From: the human T2T-CHM13v2.0 reference genome, Homo sapiens
Length of the DNA: 64,000 nt
Assembly: GCF_009914755.1 (NCBI RefSeq)
Contig: NC_060938.1
Direction: 5' to 3' (one strand)
The position numbers and the translations under genes are program-made. Of this stretch, positions 1-17,671 are shown one piece after another (the stretch's first letter is position 1; every line of letters begins with the position of its first letter). Under the pieces are notes generated by a model. The model was not told where the DNA came from, searched no databases, and was given only the letters and a program-made list of their open reading frames with translations.

Positions 1-1420
1 AGATTTTTTGAATGGTAAATGAGCATTGGCTTCAACTTAAGTCACCAGCTGCATTAGCCCCTAACAAGACAGTCAGCCTATCTTTTGAAGCTTTGAAGCC
101 AGGCATTGACTTCTCCTCTCTAGCTGTGAAAGTCCTAGGTGGTAAGGCTATTTCATCTACATTGAAAATCTGTTGTTTAGTGTAGCTACCTTCATCAATA
201 ATTTTAGCTAGATCTTCTGGGTAACTTGCTGCAGCTTCTCCATCAGCACTTGCTGCTTCACCTTATACTTTTTTGTTAGGAAGATGGTTTCTTCCCTTAA
301 GCCTCATGAACCAACCTCTGTTAGCTTTCAACTTTTCTCTGCAGCTCCCTCATCTCTCTCAGGCTTCCCAGAATTAAAGAGAATTAGGGCTTTGCTCTGT
401 AACAGGCTTTGGCTTAAATAAATTTTGTGGTTGGTTTGATCTTCTATCTGGACCACTAAAACCTTTCCATATCAGCCATAATGATGTTTTATTGTGTTCA
501 CTGGAGTAGCAATTTTAATTTCCTTTAAGAACTTTTCCTTTGCATTTGCAACTTGCTAACTCTTTGAAACAAGAGGCCTAGAATCTCAGGTTTTAACATG
601 CCTTCCTCACTTGGCTTCATCATTTCTAGCTTTTAACTTAAAGTGAGAGATGTGCAGCTCATCATTTCACTTGAACACTTAGGCCATTGTAGAGTTACTA
701 TATGGCCTAATTTCAATATTGTTGTGTGTCAGGAAATAGGGATGCCCAAAGAGAGGGACAGAGATGGGAAAATGGCTGCTCAGTGGAGCAGTCAGAACAC
801 ATACAAAAATTTATCAATTGGGTTTGCCATCTTACATATATGCAATTTGTGGCACCCCAAAATAATTACAATAGTAACATCAAAGATCACTGATCACAAA
901 TCACTATAACAGATAAAATAATAATGAAAAAGTTTGGAATATTGCAAGCATTACCAAAATGTGACACAAAGACACAAATATGAGCACAGGCTGCTGAAAA
1001 AATGATGCAACGGCCATGCACAGTGGCTCATGCCTATAATCCCAGCATTTTGGGAGGCTGAGGCAGGAGGATTGCTTGAGCCCTGGAGCTTGAGACTAGC
1101 TTAGGCAACACAGTGAGAACTTGTCTCTACAAAAAATAAAAATAAAAAAGTTAGCCAGGTGTGGTGGTGCACAACTGTAGTCTCAGCTGCTCAGGAGGCT
1201 GAGGTGGGAGGATCACTTAAGCCCAGGAGGTTGAGGCTGCAGTGAGCTATGATAGTGTCACTGTGCTCCAGAACTGGGTGACCGAGTGAGACCCTGTGTC
1301 AAAAAAAAAATGATGCCAATAGACTTGCTTAATGCATGGTTGCCAGAAAGCTTTAATTTGTAAAAAACATAAACCTACAAAACGTGATAAAATGAAGTGT
1401 GACAAAACAAAGTATGTCTG
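1..1420 (-). mobile_element. Tigger1 (Tc1/mariner-pogo DNA transposon) fragment running off the window start, interrupted by an Alu
   Basis: Opens with gagcattggcttcaacttaagtcaccagctgcattagcccctaacaag and ends aaaacaaagtatgtctg|ta, matching the recalled Tigger1 terminus followed by TA. Confidence 0.8.
1012..1310 (+). mobile_element. AluJ-type SINE
   Basis: Two-arm Alu with A tail; aaaaaatgatgc(c)aa duplicated on both sides. Confidence 0.9.
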
Positions 1421-1651
1421 TATATGGCAGTGTTCTAGTTGCCCAGATACATAAGTAAATAAGAGAAAATTCCCACTGCATCATGCTTCTAGTATAATGG
1501 AGGAGAGGGATAATAAACAAGTAAAGTAGGGTATATTTTTATAAAACTTCAGATAAAAATCAGTGATATGAAGAAAACTCAAGCTGGGTATTAGAGAGTG
1601 ACTGCGGTGGGATATGTTTTGGTGGCAATTTAGATTGAATTTTAGGGAAGC

Positions 1652-2021
1652 TACTATGTACTATGTGGCCCCCAAATTCATATGTTGAAGCCTTAATCTG
1701 CAATGTGATGGTATTTGGAGGTATGGCCTTTAGGGGGTGATGAGGTTTAAAGGAAAACATGCAGGCAGAGCCTCCATGATGGCATTAGTGCCCTTGTAAG
1801 GGGATGAAGAGGCTGAGCAATTTCTCTCTCTTCTCCCCATTTGAGGATACAGCAAGAAGGCATTCCACAGAAAACCAGGAAGACGGCCCTCACCAGAACC
1901 TGAATAGGCCAGCACCTTGATCTTAGACTTCCCAACCTTCAGAATTGTGAGGAAGAAGTATCTGTTGTTAAGCCACCCAGCCTATGGTAGTTTTGTTATA
2001 GCAGCCCAAAGTGACTAAGGC
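1652..2021 (+). mobile_element. MLT1A/B-type MaLR LTR, inserted in a probable L2 fragment
   Basis: cccccaaattcatatgttgaagcc...tggtagttttgttatagcagcccaaagtgactaaggca are typical MLT1 termini. Confidence 0.75.
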
Positions 2022-3254
2022 AGAAGGTCTCTATAAGGAGGTAACATTTGAGCCATCACTTACATGAAATGAAGGAATGAACCATGTGCAGATTTTGGGG
2101 CCAGATGAGCAGCCAGTGTTTCTGAGGAGCAAGAAGAAGCTGTCTTTAACAGAACCTAGCAAATGATAGAGAGAGTGGTGAGAGATGATGAGGGAAGACC
2201 TGCACCTCTGGCTGCTGGTAAAGCTGGATAGCCTATAATCCCAGAGGTTTTTAGCTTGATTTCATCTTCTCTAAATACTTTCTACCTAAGATATGACATC
2301 ATTCTTGATTTAAGTAGTCTTCTTTTTAATGGAAGGCTGCTACCCTTCATGGGGCCTTGGTTACCTACCTGCAAGGTACTCAGCCTGTTGCATGTTTGCT
2401 CACAGTTTAGAAGTCAAAAGAGCTAAAAATAGCAAAGTCTCCAATGGAGCACAGTGATTAATCTGTTAAGTTCCCTGGAGGGCCAGGAGCAGCAGCAGGC
2501 CAAACAAGCCAGGCCTCAAGCACCCTGGGCAGTCTTTCCCCTAGGAAATCATCACGGAACTTCTGGTGTTGATCTGTTTATTAATCTCCCTTTCACCAGT
2601 GAGAAATGCACTACTTGATGAAAATAAAACAACTTTTGAAAGATATGCTCCTTCCCAAGATGGTGCATAGACCAGCTGTTGTGACAGCATCTTCCATGAC
2701 ACTAATTAAAAAAAGAAAAAAAAAGCTTATGATTTTACCTGATTATGAAAGCAGCGCATATTTATTGTTGGGAAATTAGACATGCAGAAAAGCATAAAGA
2801 AAAATCATCCAAATACCACCACCTGGAGATAACTATTATTAAGTTTTCTAATTTTATATAATTACACACATATATGTGGATATATCTGAGGTCACTTGGT
2901 AGCTACAATTTGGTATTCTAATTTTAAATTTTGCGTTATATAGTAATCACTTTCCCATTGACACTGCCTTTTAATTTCACAGACTGGCCTCTAGGCTCTA
3001 GAGGCACCAAAGAAAATAGTGCAGGGAGAGGCTGGGATTGGCAAAAGCCAAAATTATGCTCCATGTGGTCGTTTTCTGGGGTAAATGTCATGTTACAACC
3101 TTGGCAGGCTCCTGGCTCCCCTCCCCAATTCATAAGACCTCATCCAAAGTAGATAGGGGAGACTCAGACTTGGGGACTGGTTTTTAGAGCAAATTATTAT
3201 ACTTGGTGTGTAGCTGTCAGTCAGACTTGTTTCAGTGCATAACACATGCTGAGG

Positions 3255-3255
<1 letters not shown>

Positions 3256-3297
<42 letters not shown>
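3256..3297. repeat. (AC)21 microsatellite
   Basis: Perfect dinucleotide run seen directly. Confidence 0.97.
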
Positions 3298-3299
<2 letters not shown>

Positions 3300-4584
3300 C
3301 ATTCAAAGCATTTAAAACTGCCCATCATGGCATACACATCCTGACTTTTACCCTAATAAGCTGGCCCTTCTAATCAGGGGACTTGGCTGATTCTTAGTCT
3401 TAAAAGATAAGGGGAGCTGTCTTCAACTAAAATACTAGCAGAGATTTACTGTTCTCTGCTTGACTTATAACCACAACTTCAGTTCCCTCCGTATTTTTGG
3501 CCCAGCTGAGACTCTTATTGGTCTTTGGAATGAGTCAGCCTATAGAAGATTTTAGTCTTCACATTTTTACCTTTTTTGGTGTCTTTGTTATCTTTTTCAT
3601 TCTGTGGCCAAGGATAATGCAGGAACCACAAAGAGACATAATCCACTTCTTGACCAGCCCTAATCACAGCATATAGGTAGGCAACTTCTTTATTGCCCTT
3701 TCTTGCTTATCAGAGCTCAGAAGATGGTATGAGATACGACATCACATGAGTAGCAGAGACTGTTAGCTGCCTAACAGCCATTTCCCCTTTCTTTTCCCTT
3801 GACTGCAGTAAGAGTGAAGATCAAAAAAGGCACCCAAAAGGTAGGAATTAAAGGGCTCAATAAATACAAATTGTAATTGGTCTAAGCCAATCATGGGACC
3901 CTGAAGCCTCTTTGCCAGATACTCACATTTTGGCCTGCCTTACAGTTAGAGATGGCCATGTGATTCAGTTCCCACCATGGGAACAGGAGAAAATCTGGGA
4001 AATTCTTTCCTGATGAACAGAAGAGGTATTTTTCCTTTGCCCTCTTTTTCTCATCTTTGAATGTAATTAGCATGAAGCCCTGATGCTTAGAGCTGTGGCA
4101 GCCTGCTCATGACAGTGAGATGATGAGTATGAGGATGAGAAGCCAGTCTGCTAATGATGCTGGTGTTGAAGGATGGAAAGTGTCTGGACTCCCGATCACA
4201 TTTGTGAGTTGCTGATCAGCTCTGGAACTGCCTACTTCAGGAATCCTTCTTAAGGAAAAAAAAAAAGAGAGAGAGAGAGAGAATTTCTTACAGCTTAAGA
4301 AACTCTTTTTTGGAGGTAAACCTGTCTTAATGGACACAGGCCATTGGTGGTCAATAAAGGAAAAGCCCAACTTTTCTGAAGGGCAGCCTCAATATTATAG
4401 TACCTGCAAACTACAAATACAAACAAATTCAATTTCGAGAGTTGATCAGTTGGGCTAACAAGATGGATTTGTGCTTCTACTGGTGGAAACTGACCTCTCT
4501 AGAAAATGGACAGATTTACATTAGAGAGTGGGCAAAGCAGAACCAACCAGAATCTATATTCCACAATGCCTTGAGTATAGGTGA

Positions 4585-4943
<359 letters not shown>

Positions 4944-5548
4944 TTAGTACTTATGTTTTTGATAATAACTAACAGAAAAGAGTTAGATTAATGAATAGAG
5001 AGACCTCCCAAAGAGCTTTGAACAGGCGCTGAGGAAGAGCGTGGAGTTGTATCCATCTCAAAGCAGATGGTACAAATTGGAAATGCCTCTTGATTTCAGT
5101 TACCTGATAACCAAACATTTTGATTTCCATAAATGTTTTGTTGGTGAGTAGTTATTCATTTTGTAAATTCATTCATTGACAGTTTTAAATGGTCCTCTTC
5201 TCACAGCATCTAAAATATTATTGGATGCATACAAAAATTGAATCATGAAATCTCTTCAGGAATATGGTGTTAAGGAAAGTGTCTGATCTTTGAAGTGAGG
5301 CCAGTAAGAATTCAAATTTTAGTTCTGCTACTAACTATATGTCACCTTGGGCATATTACTTTGCTTTTTCACCCTCATTTCTTAAATGAAAATAATACTA
5401 ATCACAAAAAGGCCATTGGGTGATTTGAGTAAAAAATGTAAAGTACAGGATACGTAGTAGATATTGGTAAGTAGTAGCTTCTGTGTCAATTAGGGTCTAA
5501 TGGAAATAGATGAAATATTCTAATTAGGATATTTTAAGATTTTTTTCT

Positions 5549-6110
5549 CCATTTGACCTAGCAATCCCATTACTGGGTATATACTCAAAGGAATATAAGT
5601 CATTCTATTATAAAGATACATGCATGTGTATGTTCACTGCAGCACTATTCACAATAGCAAAGACATGGAATCAACCCAAATGCCCATCAGTGATAGACTG
5701 GATAAAGAGAATGTGGTACATATACACCATGGAACACTATGCAGCCTTAAAAAGGAACGAGATCATGTCCTTTGCAGGGACAGAGATGAAGTTGGAAGCC
5801 ATTATTCTCAGCAAACTAATGCAGGAACAGAGAACTAAACACTACATGTTCTCACTTATAGGTGGGAGCTGAACAATGAGAACACAAGGACACAGGGAGG
5901 GGAACAACAAACACTGGGGCCTGTTGGGGGAGGGCAGTTTAGGGGAGAGCATCAGGAAAAATAGCTAATGCATGCCAGGCTTAATATCTAGGCAATGAGT
6001 TGATAGGTGCAGCAAACCACCACAGCGTATGTTTACCTATGTAACAAACCTGCACATCCTGCAAATCTACCCCAGAACTTAAAATAAAATTAAAAACAAA
6101 AAACAAACAA
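5549..6110 (+). mobile_element. L1PA/PB 3' end (ORF2 C-terminus, 3'UTR, A-rich tail)
   Basis: ORF 5624..5872 MFTAALFTIAKTWNQPKCPS...MFSLIGGS is the L1 ORF2 C-terminus; followed by L1 3'UTR and A-rich tail. Confidence 0.92.
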
Positions 6111-9100
6111 ATTTTTTTCCTACAAATAAACTATTTTCAAAAGTGAGAAGAACTTAGGAGAATAACATCTAGGAAAAATTTCCAGGGTAAATAAATGTAA
6201 TTCACAAGGATGTTTATCACATCGTTGTTCTCTTAGTGAGTGAATCAGGAAACAATTCAAATGTCCAGGTACAGGGAATTGATCACATTCATACCGCTGA
6301 ATAACAAAAAACCACCAAAAAAACACTGCAGAAGTAAATGCACTGATATTAAAATATATTAGTACTGTAGTGAAAAGAGCAGATTTTAAGATATCATTGA
6401 GAGTAGAATCTATTTTGTTAAAACTGCATGTATTTATATTTACAATCTATATTAATATATAGGTGTGATTATTTAAAGCCAGACCTTTAAGATTCTTGTT
6501 GAATCTTTAAAAAATTGTCAGCTTTTTTTTTTTCAGTCCTAAAGGAGGTAGAGAGTGTATTTTATCTTCTGGAGGCAGGGGTGAGGGAATGGAGTGGAGG
6601 GAGCAGGTGGAACACCCTTAACCTCATTCAAATGATTTAGATGGAATGCTCAATATTCTGTTTGGTACTGGGTCTTCTCAAGTGTGTTTGAATCAGAGCT
6701 GCCTCTGAGACTCCGTAACTTCTTTGGGGTGGAGTTCAAGATGAGGATGGAAAGAATGTTGTTTGCCTGTGTGAATTTAGAGATGTGGATTTAGAGACTG
6801 CCTTGCCTCATGTTGCTAGTTGTGGTGAAGCTATTGATGTTCCTTTTTGATGAATTATATGCAGGTTAACTAAATCTGGGAAACTAAAAACTGCAGAAGG
6901 GACATGAAGCAGGATCTTCCCTGATGAATAGAAACTATAAAAAGTAATTGCACTGCCCATGGTTCAGCTCAACATGGGCTGGATGATTGATGTCCATGTG
7001 TGGAATGACTTAGGACAGAACACCCCCAAAGGCACAGTTGCTGGACTATTATGATCTGATCTAATTGTCTGGCTGAGGTGATACCTTTGAGGGTGGAGGG
7101 ACGGAGTTTCCTTTACAGCAAGGGATCCAAAGTGAAATGACTACACTATGACAGGTAGGAATTATAATAGGAAACATATATAAATGGCAAGGAATGTTCC
7201 AAGGGTTTTACTTGAATTATTACAATAGATCCTTTAAAAACCCCAAGAAGAAGATATTATTTGTAGTTTAGTTGTAAAAATGAAGAAATCTATACACAGA
7301 AAGGTTAAGTAATTTGTTTATTGTTATAGAACCAATAAGTAGCAGAGCTTAGATTTGAATCCATCTGGCTCCACAGCCCTGTCTTTAGCCATTATGGTAG
7401 GCTACCTCTTTAAAGGAAGTGTAGTGTCCTTGAGCGAAGCTGCAGGAGATGGCAAACTGGGCAAATTGAAGATGAATCTCCCGACTAAAGAGATAGCTAC
7501 AGGCTAGCAACTGCTGCTGTGGAGGAATGTGGACCCAGTGTTGCCATATCATTTGCGTTTTCAAGAGAAAAAGTCTGGATTTATATATGAAAATTCCCAG
7601 TTTTAAAATGTGCTGCTGAACAATAACACACACAAACAGGCACTCAAGTGTATGTATGCACACACTGAAACTCACACTACCAAGGACTAGTAGTTTTTGA
7701 AAACTATATTAAAGAGGATGGACATTTTTATGTTCAATCACCCTAAAAAGAGGAAATAATTGAGTAGATAAACCTTATATGGGAGGGAGAAAAAATTCCA
7801 TTTATTTTCTTGTTGTTTTAAGCAAGTTACTTAATATCTCTGAGCCTCTGTTCCTTCATCTATAAATTGGGGTCAGGAGTTTGGAGTGGATAATTGTATT
7901 AGCTACATCATAGAATTTATGTGGGAGTTAAATCAGTAGCCAACTATTTACAATGCCAACCTGGGACACAGCCATACCAGAACAAAATAAATTAATACAT
8001 ATATGTTTTATATAATAATGTATTATTATACATATATATTATATATAATTAGAATTAGCACAATTATGTTGTATTACTTTAACAAAAATATGAAAATCAA
8101 TGTTATTTGAAATTATGCATCATTGTGTATTACTTTTCTATTATATAATGCTATTATTTAAACAAAACAACAATAGGACTAGTTGATAGAATTAGTAGTA
8201 ATAGGACTAATTAAATAAATCATATGTAAGAAAAATAAAACAATATTTTTATAATATTGCTTTCTGCCTTCTGATACAAGCAATTTATTTTAACTCCTTT
8301 GAAAACGTTGTATTGGATTTCTAAATTTAGTAGACTATAATATTGTGTATTCTTTTTAAAATAGTTTTATTGATAATTCACATACTACACAGTTTACTCA
8401 CTTAAAGTCTACAGTTCAATTATTTTTAGCATATTCGGAGACGTACAGCCTTCGTCATAGTCAGTCTTAGAACATTTTCACCACCTTAGGAAGAAATTCC
8501 ATATTCTTTAGCTGTCATCCCTCTCCCCTCCCATAACAGCTCTAAGCAGCCGCTAATCTACTTTGTGTCTCTGTGAATTTGTCAGTTCTAGATATTTCAT
8601 ATAAGTGGAATCATACAATATTTGTCCTTTTGTGTGTGGCTTATTTCACTTAGCATGCTTTAAAAGTTCACTCATGTAGTAGCATGTATCGCTACTTCAC
8701 TCCATTTTATGGAATGAACGTTATTTCACTATATGGATACACCATATTTTGTTCATCCATTTGTTAACATTTGGGTTATTTCCACTTTAAGAAATTATGA
8801 ATAATGCTGATATAAACATTCATGTATGAGTTTCTATGTGGGCATGTGTTTTCATTTCTTTTGAATATATGCCTAGGAGCAGAATTGCTGGGTCTTATAG
8901 TAACTCTATGTTTAATCTATTGTTGTACTGCGAGACTTTTCCAAAGAAGCTGGACCATTTTATGTTCCCACAAGCAGCATATGAGTGTTCCAGTTTCTCC
9001 ACATATTGCCAATGCCTGTTGTTATCTTTTTTATTCTTGGCATCTTATGGGTAGTAGTATGGGTGAAGTAGTATCTCACTGTGGCTTTGCTTTGCATTTC

Positions 9101-9142
9101 CATGATGATGAATGATGACCAGCAACTAATAATGTCAAGCAT

Positions 9143-9494
9143 CTTTATTTATTTTTTTTAAGAGACAGGATCTCCTCTGTCACCCAAGCTGGAGTGCAGT
9201 GATGTGATCATAGCTCACTGCAGCATTGAACTCCTGGGCTCAAATGAGCCGCCCGTCTCAGCCTCCTGAGTAGGTGGGACTAAGGTGCACCCCACCATGC
9301 TAGGCTATATATAATATATATAAATATATATTATATATAGCCCAGCATATACATATATAGTAGAGATGGTCTCGCTATGTTACCCAGGCTGGTCTCAAAC
9401 TTCTGGCAACAGACAATCCTCCTGTGTCAGGTGACAAATAATCCTCCTGTCCTAAATGGCTGGGATTACAGGTGTGAGCCACTGTGCCTGGCCT
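9143..9494 (-). mobile_element. AluJ SINE with a palindromic (TA)-rich linker
   Basis: Antisense Alu arms; the middle linker is replaced by an inverted repeat (see findings). Confidence 0.88.
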
Positions 9495-9810
9495 TGGGTA
9501 TCTCTTTATGTGCTTTTTGGCCATTTATATGTCTTCTTTGGAGAGCTCCTTTGCCTATTTTTAAACTGAGTGAGTTGTCTTTTTATTACTGAATTTAAAA
9601 CTTCTTTATATATTCTAGACACAAGTCCCTTATCAGATATGTAATGTTCAAATATTTTCTGCCATTCTGTGGATTGCCTTTTTCACCTTCTTCGTGATGT
9701 ACTTTGAAGCACAAAAGTTCTTAATTTTGATAAAGTCTAATTTTTTTTGTTTCTAATTTATTTTTTCTCATGGTTATGGTGTCCATATCTAAGAATTATT
9801 TGCCAAATCT

Positions 9811-10549
<739 letters not shown>

Positions 10550-11201
10550 TGAGGGTCCAGCTCCATTTTTTGCATGCAGCTATCCAGCTGTCCCAGCACC
10601 ATTTGTTGAAAAGACAATTCTTTTCCCATTTAATGTTAAGTAATGTAAACAAAATTTTAATGTAATATTTAAAATGTAATTTTTAATATTGCATGGGATA
10701 CACTTATACTAAAAAATTGTTCATTATTTAGTCAAAATTCAAACTGAACTAGGGATCCTATATTTTTATTTTCTAAATCTGGAAACTACTCTACGGGCAA
10801 GTGGGAACTTAAGAAATGTAAACTTATTTTTAAATTACAACATGGGAAAGCACAGAAATTGAGTGACCATCTAATGGACAACTGAAAAGATAGAAATGAT
10901 ATGTTAAAAACTGTTATTGAATGTCAATGTTACTGTGATTTTAATTTACTTTTCCTAATTTCTCATTTTTCCTACATTATTATATGTTTTTAAAAGTAAT
11001 ATAATACATAATTATAACCAATATATCATTAAAAATAAATTATAAACATAAAATTTCAATGATGAAAAGTTCTAGAGAACCTCCTAAAAAATGCATTAGT
11101 CATAACTGGCTAGCTGTTATAATACACAGCCTCAAAATTTCAGCAGCTTACCCCAGTGAAAGTTTATATCTTCCTCACATAAAGACAAAATGAGTATTTC
11201 A

Positions 11202-11850
<649 letters not shown>

Positions 11851-12829
11851 TGTGGCTCCCCTATCTCCAATACATGGCTTCCAAAATTGATATGAGGTCG
11901 TTTCCATCTTTATTCCAGCCATGTCAAATGGGGAAATGAGTATGGAGAATTTTGAGGGGAAGGACATTGAGGCGGAAGGACACTGAATTTAGGGGCAAGG
12001 CTGGGCTGGACATCCCATATGTCAATTTAATCCACATTCCAGTGACCAGAATTCACATAGCAATTTCTGCCACTAAGGACATGAATGAAAAAATTTAAGC
12101 AAACTAAAGGTACGACATGTTCCTAGAATGTTTCATGATTTTATGGCTGTTTGATAAAATGATTTCTGAAAGTCATCTAGAAGAAAAATATTTATTAAAA
12201 AAGGAAAAATTTCTCAAAAGAAAAATGACAATACTGAATAAATACATGGAAAGGGTACCTTCAGAATCGTATATGAGGATATGGTAAGTTTATAATATTG
12301 AAATAAGAATGGAATTCATATAAAAATAGACCCACAAGAGAATGGAGAGTGTGGAAGTGACATAATTTTTAAATTAGAAGTTGCTTTGAGTAGTGTAAAT
12401 AGGCTTTTTTTTTTCCAGGACCAGTTAGCAAAACTTCCATCTAATCCTCGCTGCCTCCTCTTTTATTTGACAATAGAAAGAAATCAAGTGCCTAAACTTA
12501 AGAGAAGCATCTTGTGTGTCTTGACCTGGGTGGTGGTTACGCAGGCATTTACCTACGTAAAAAAATCCATCAAGCTAAACACTTAAGATTTGTTCACTTT
12601 ATTTTATGTAAAGTATATCTCAAAGAAAGAGTTTGGAAAAAACAAAGGAGAGGACCTCTGAGCACTTATAACAAGAGAATCTAATTAAGCCTGGACAACC
12701 AAGGAGGCTTGTTTGAGGAGGTCATATATAAGCTGAAATCTGAAGGGTGAGTTGCAGTTAAGCAGACAGAGGTTATAACAGAACATTCTGAACACAAGGA
12801 CCAGCGTGTATAAAGGTCCTGGAGAACTT

Positions 12830-15480
12830 TTATAGTTGCCTTTGACATTTAGATTCATGAGCCATCTGATAAATATTAATTTTTGTGTATAATGTGAGTT
12901 GTTTTATCCATTATTACAGCATCATTTATGGAAGAAATATCCTTTTTCTATTTATCTGCTGTCAACCCTATTATATACCAAGTTTCAATATTTGGATGAG
13001 TTTTTCCAAGGCTTCCATTCTATTCTTCTGAAATACTTGTCTACATCTCCACTAATAGCACACTCTCCCTAATTACTAGAGTTATATAAAGACTCGCTGT
13101 AACTGATAGGTATTCCTCCAATCTTGAAGTTTTTTCTCAAGAGTGTCTTGGCTGTTTTTGGCACTTTATTCTTCCACAGTATTCTTCCCGTAATATTGGT
13201 ACGGGGGCGCAGGGAAATGCTAGGAAGGGAAGGGCATGGTCCCTGGCTAGGGCTCCACCTCAGGCTTGCGGTCACAGACCTAGGTGAGGACAGACATTTC
13301 TGTTTTCATGTCCAAATGTTGCATTTCCCAAAACCACCTGGCCTGCCACACCCCCATCCTGTGCCTATAAAAACCCCAAGACCCTAGTGGGCAGAGACAC
13401 AAGCAGCTGGACGTTGAGAGGAACACATGGGCATAAGAGCACACCGACAGATGCTGGCAGGAGACTGGTGGAACAACGTGGAGTTTGGCTGGGGCGTCGG
13501 AGGAGAGCCCGGCTGCTGAGCACCCAACTCCAGGGGAAAACCACTTTCCCACTCCATCTCCCTTCTGGCTCCCCCATCTGCTGAGAGCTACTTCCACTCA
13601 ATAAAACCTTGCACTCATTTTTCAAACCCATGTGTAATCTAATTCTTCCTGTACACCAAGGCAGGAAACCCTGGGATACAGAAAGCCCCCTGTCCTTAAG
13701 GGACAGATAAGGGAAGGGGTCTAATTGAGCTAACACAAGCCACCTACGGACAGCTAAACTGAAAGAGCATACTGTAACACACGCCCACTAGGGCTTCAGC
13801 TGTAAACATTCACCCCTAGACGCTGCCTTGGGTTCAGAGCCCCACAACCTACCCATCTGCATGATCCTGCTAGAGGTTTGAGCATCCAGGCACCTAAGAA
13901 GCAAGCCACACCCCCATCGCACACCCTTCTAGGGGCACAAGTGAACTTTCCCATTTCGATATCAGCAAAATACTTTTTAAAGTTTTCACTGGAATTGCAG
14001 TAAATAAATACATCAATTTAACAGAGAACTGACATCTTTATAATATTGTCTTCCAATCCGTGAATATGCTGTATCTCTTGTTTTGGTAACTAATTTGTGA
14101 AAGAGTTATAATTTCCTTAGTAAAGGTCTTGTGTACCTTTGCTAGCTTTTTCTAGGTACTTACATATTGAGGATCCTGTAAATATTATTTTTAGTTTCTT
14201 GTGGCCATAATAAAACATAATTATTTTATGTAACTGTATTTTATGTAATAAACATTCTAATTGCTCTTAATTGAGTAATTTATCTGTGGATTATTTTGGA
14301 TTTTCTACAAAGAAAATCACAACCTTTGTAAATTATGACAGTTTTACTTTTTTTTTTCAATCCTTATACATTTATTTCTTTTCTTGCCTACTGTGCTGGC
14401 TTGGAACTCCAGAACAATGATTAATGAAAGTGATAATACATAATCTGTGTCTTGTAATAAATCTTAAAGAGAATGCTTCATTGTTGCACAGATAAGTATG
14501 ATGTTTGTTGTAGGTTCATTTTAGTTTGCTAATGGTTGTTTTTTATTTAAATTATGAATAGATGTTGGATTTTAGCCAAGTAATTGCATTATTGGATCTG
14601 ATTATATGGTCTTTCTTCCTTAATCTTTAATATGCTGAATTATATTGATTTTCAAATGTTGAAACAATATTGCATTACTAAAATAAATTCAACTTGGTTG
14701 TAATGTACTGTCTTTTTTATACATTGCTGTATCTGACTTAATATTTGTGTAGGATTTTTAAATCCATGGTCATTATTGAGGGCAAGCTATAATTTTCTTT
14801 CTTGTGCCCTCTTTCTTAGGTTTAAGTGTCATGATTATACCATCTCTTAAAATGAATTGAAGAATGTTCAATGGTACAACATTGGAGTTATTTATTTCTT
14901 GACTGTTAGGTAGAATTAGCTTATAAAACCATCAAAGCTTGTTTTCTTTTTAGGAAGATTTTAAACTACTCATTCAAATTTTCAATTGAAAATTTTATTG
15001 AGATAATTATAGGTGGTTATAAAAATAATAGAGAGATCTCATACAGCTTTTACCTAGTTTCTCCCAATGGAAGAAAAATATAGTTATTAAACTATAGTAC
15101 AATAACATAACTGGGTTGTTAACATCAATAAAATTCACTGGGCTTACTCAGATTTCCTCAGTTATATTTGTACCCATTTGTGTGTGAAAGTATGTAGCCA
15201 CTCCTGGTTTTTTTAAATCAATGTTTGCATGGTAAATCTTTTTCAGTTCTTTTACATTCAGCCTATGTAATTAGATTTGAAGTGAATTTTTTATACACAG
15301 CATAGTGTTGTGTCATTTTTATTTATCCACTCTCCTTCTCTCTGTCTTTAGATTGGTATATTAAGATCATTTACATTTAAGGTAATTATTGTTAATTCTT
15401 AAGTCTTCCATTTCATTATCTATTTCTATTTGTTATAGCTAATTCTTATTTGTATTTGGTTTTTGGTTTTCTGTTACCTT
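12830..15480 (-). mobile_element. Highly diverged L1M ORF2 fragments (host of the 13197 LTR)
   Basis: T-rich antisense L1 motifs; ORF 13069..13275 includes a degenerate ORF2-like segment (KTAKTLLRKNFKIGG). Confidence 0.6.
13197..13958 (+). mobile_element. Solo ERV1 LTR (LTR1/LTR27/LTR28/MER61 group)
   Basis: 4-bp TSD atat (13193-13196, 13959-13962); TATA-like cctataaaaa near 13365; aataaa near 13600. Confidence 0.8.
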
Positions 15481-15484
15481 CAGG

Positions 15485-15901
15485 TGTGTATTTGTTCATT
15501 CGCGCACTGCTATAAAGAAATACCTGAGACTGGGTAATTTATAAAGAAAAGAAGTTAATTGACTCAGTTCTGCAGGCAATACAGGAAGCAAGATGCTGTC
15601 ATCCGCTTGGCTTCAGGTGAGAGCTCAGGAAACTTACAATCATGGCAGAAGGTGAAGGGGAAGCCATCACTTTTCATATGGCTGGAGAAGGACAAAGAGA
15701 GTGAAGGGGGAGGTGCTATACACTTTTAAACAAACAGATCTCATGAGAACTCACTCACCATTACCTGAGAAGATGATGCTAAACCATTCATGAAGGATCT
15801 ATCCCCATGATTCAATCACCTCTCACCATGCCCCACCTCCAACACCGGGGATTACAATTCAACATGAGATTTGGATGGGGACACAGATACGAATCGTGTC
15901 A
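15485..15901 (-). mobile_element. MSTA/MSTB MaLR LTR
   Basis: gctataaagaaatacctgagactgggtaatttataaagaaaaga...gagatttggatggggacacag. Confidence 0.85.
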
Positions 15902-16404
15902 AGCTGCATCTAAGTTACCGCAAAGGCATGATTTCATTCTTTGTATGGCTCTATAGTATTCCATAGTGTGGATGTACCACATTTTGTTTATCGAATCCAC
16001 CATTGTTGGGCACCTATGTTGGTTCTATGTCTTTGCTATTGTGAATAGTGCTGCAATGAACATACAGATACGTGTGTCTTTTTGGTAGAACAATTTATTT
16101 TTCTTTGGTATACACCAAGTAATGGGATTGCTCAGTTGAATGGAAGTTCTCTTTCTAATTCTTTGAGAAATCTCCAAACTACTTTCCACAGTGTCCTTTG
16201 GCCAATCTTTAACAGTAGATCTGCTAGCTGCAAACTCTTGTAGTTCTCCTTCCTTTCAGAATGTCTTTATTTCCTCTTCATTCCTGAAGGACAGTTTCAC
16301 ATGATATAAAATTCATGGTTGATAGCTCTTTTCTTTCAGTACTTGAAAAATGTTTTGCCACTTCCTTCTCACTTCCTTGTTTTCTGATGAGAAATCTACT
16401 GTCA

Positions 16405-17671
<1,267 letters not shown>

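Noticed and set aside
7995-8050. Short AT-only palindromes (a similar one lies at 40385-40408)
   Set aside because: Low-complexity (TA)-rich sequence is self-complementary by chance; not counted as fold-back events.
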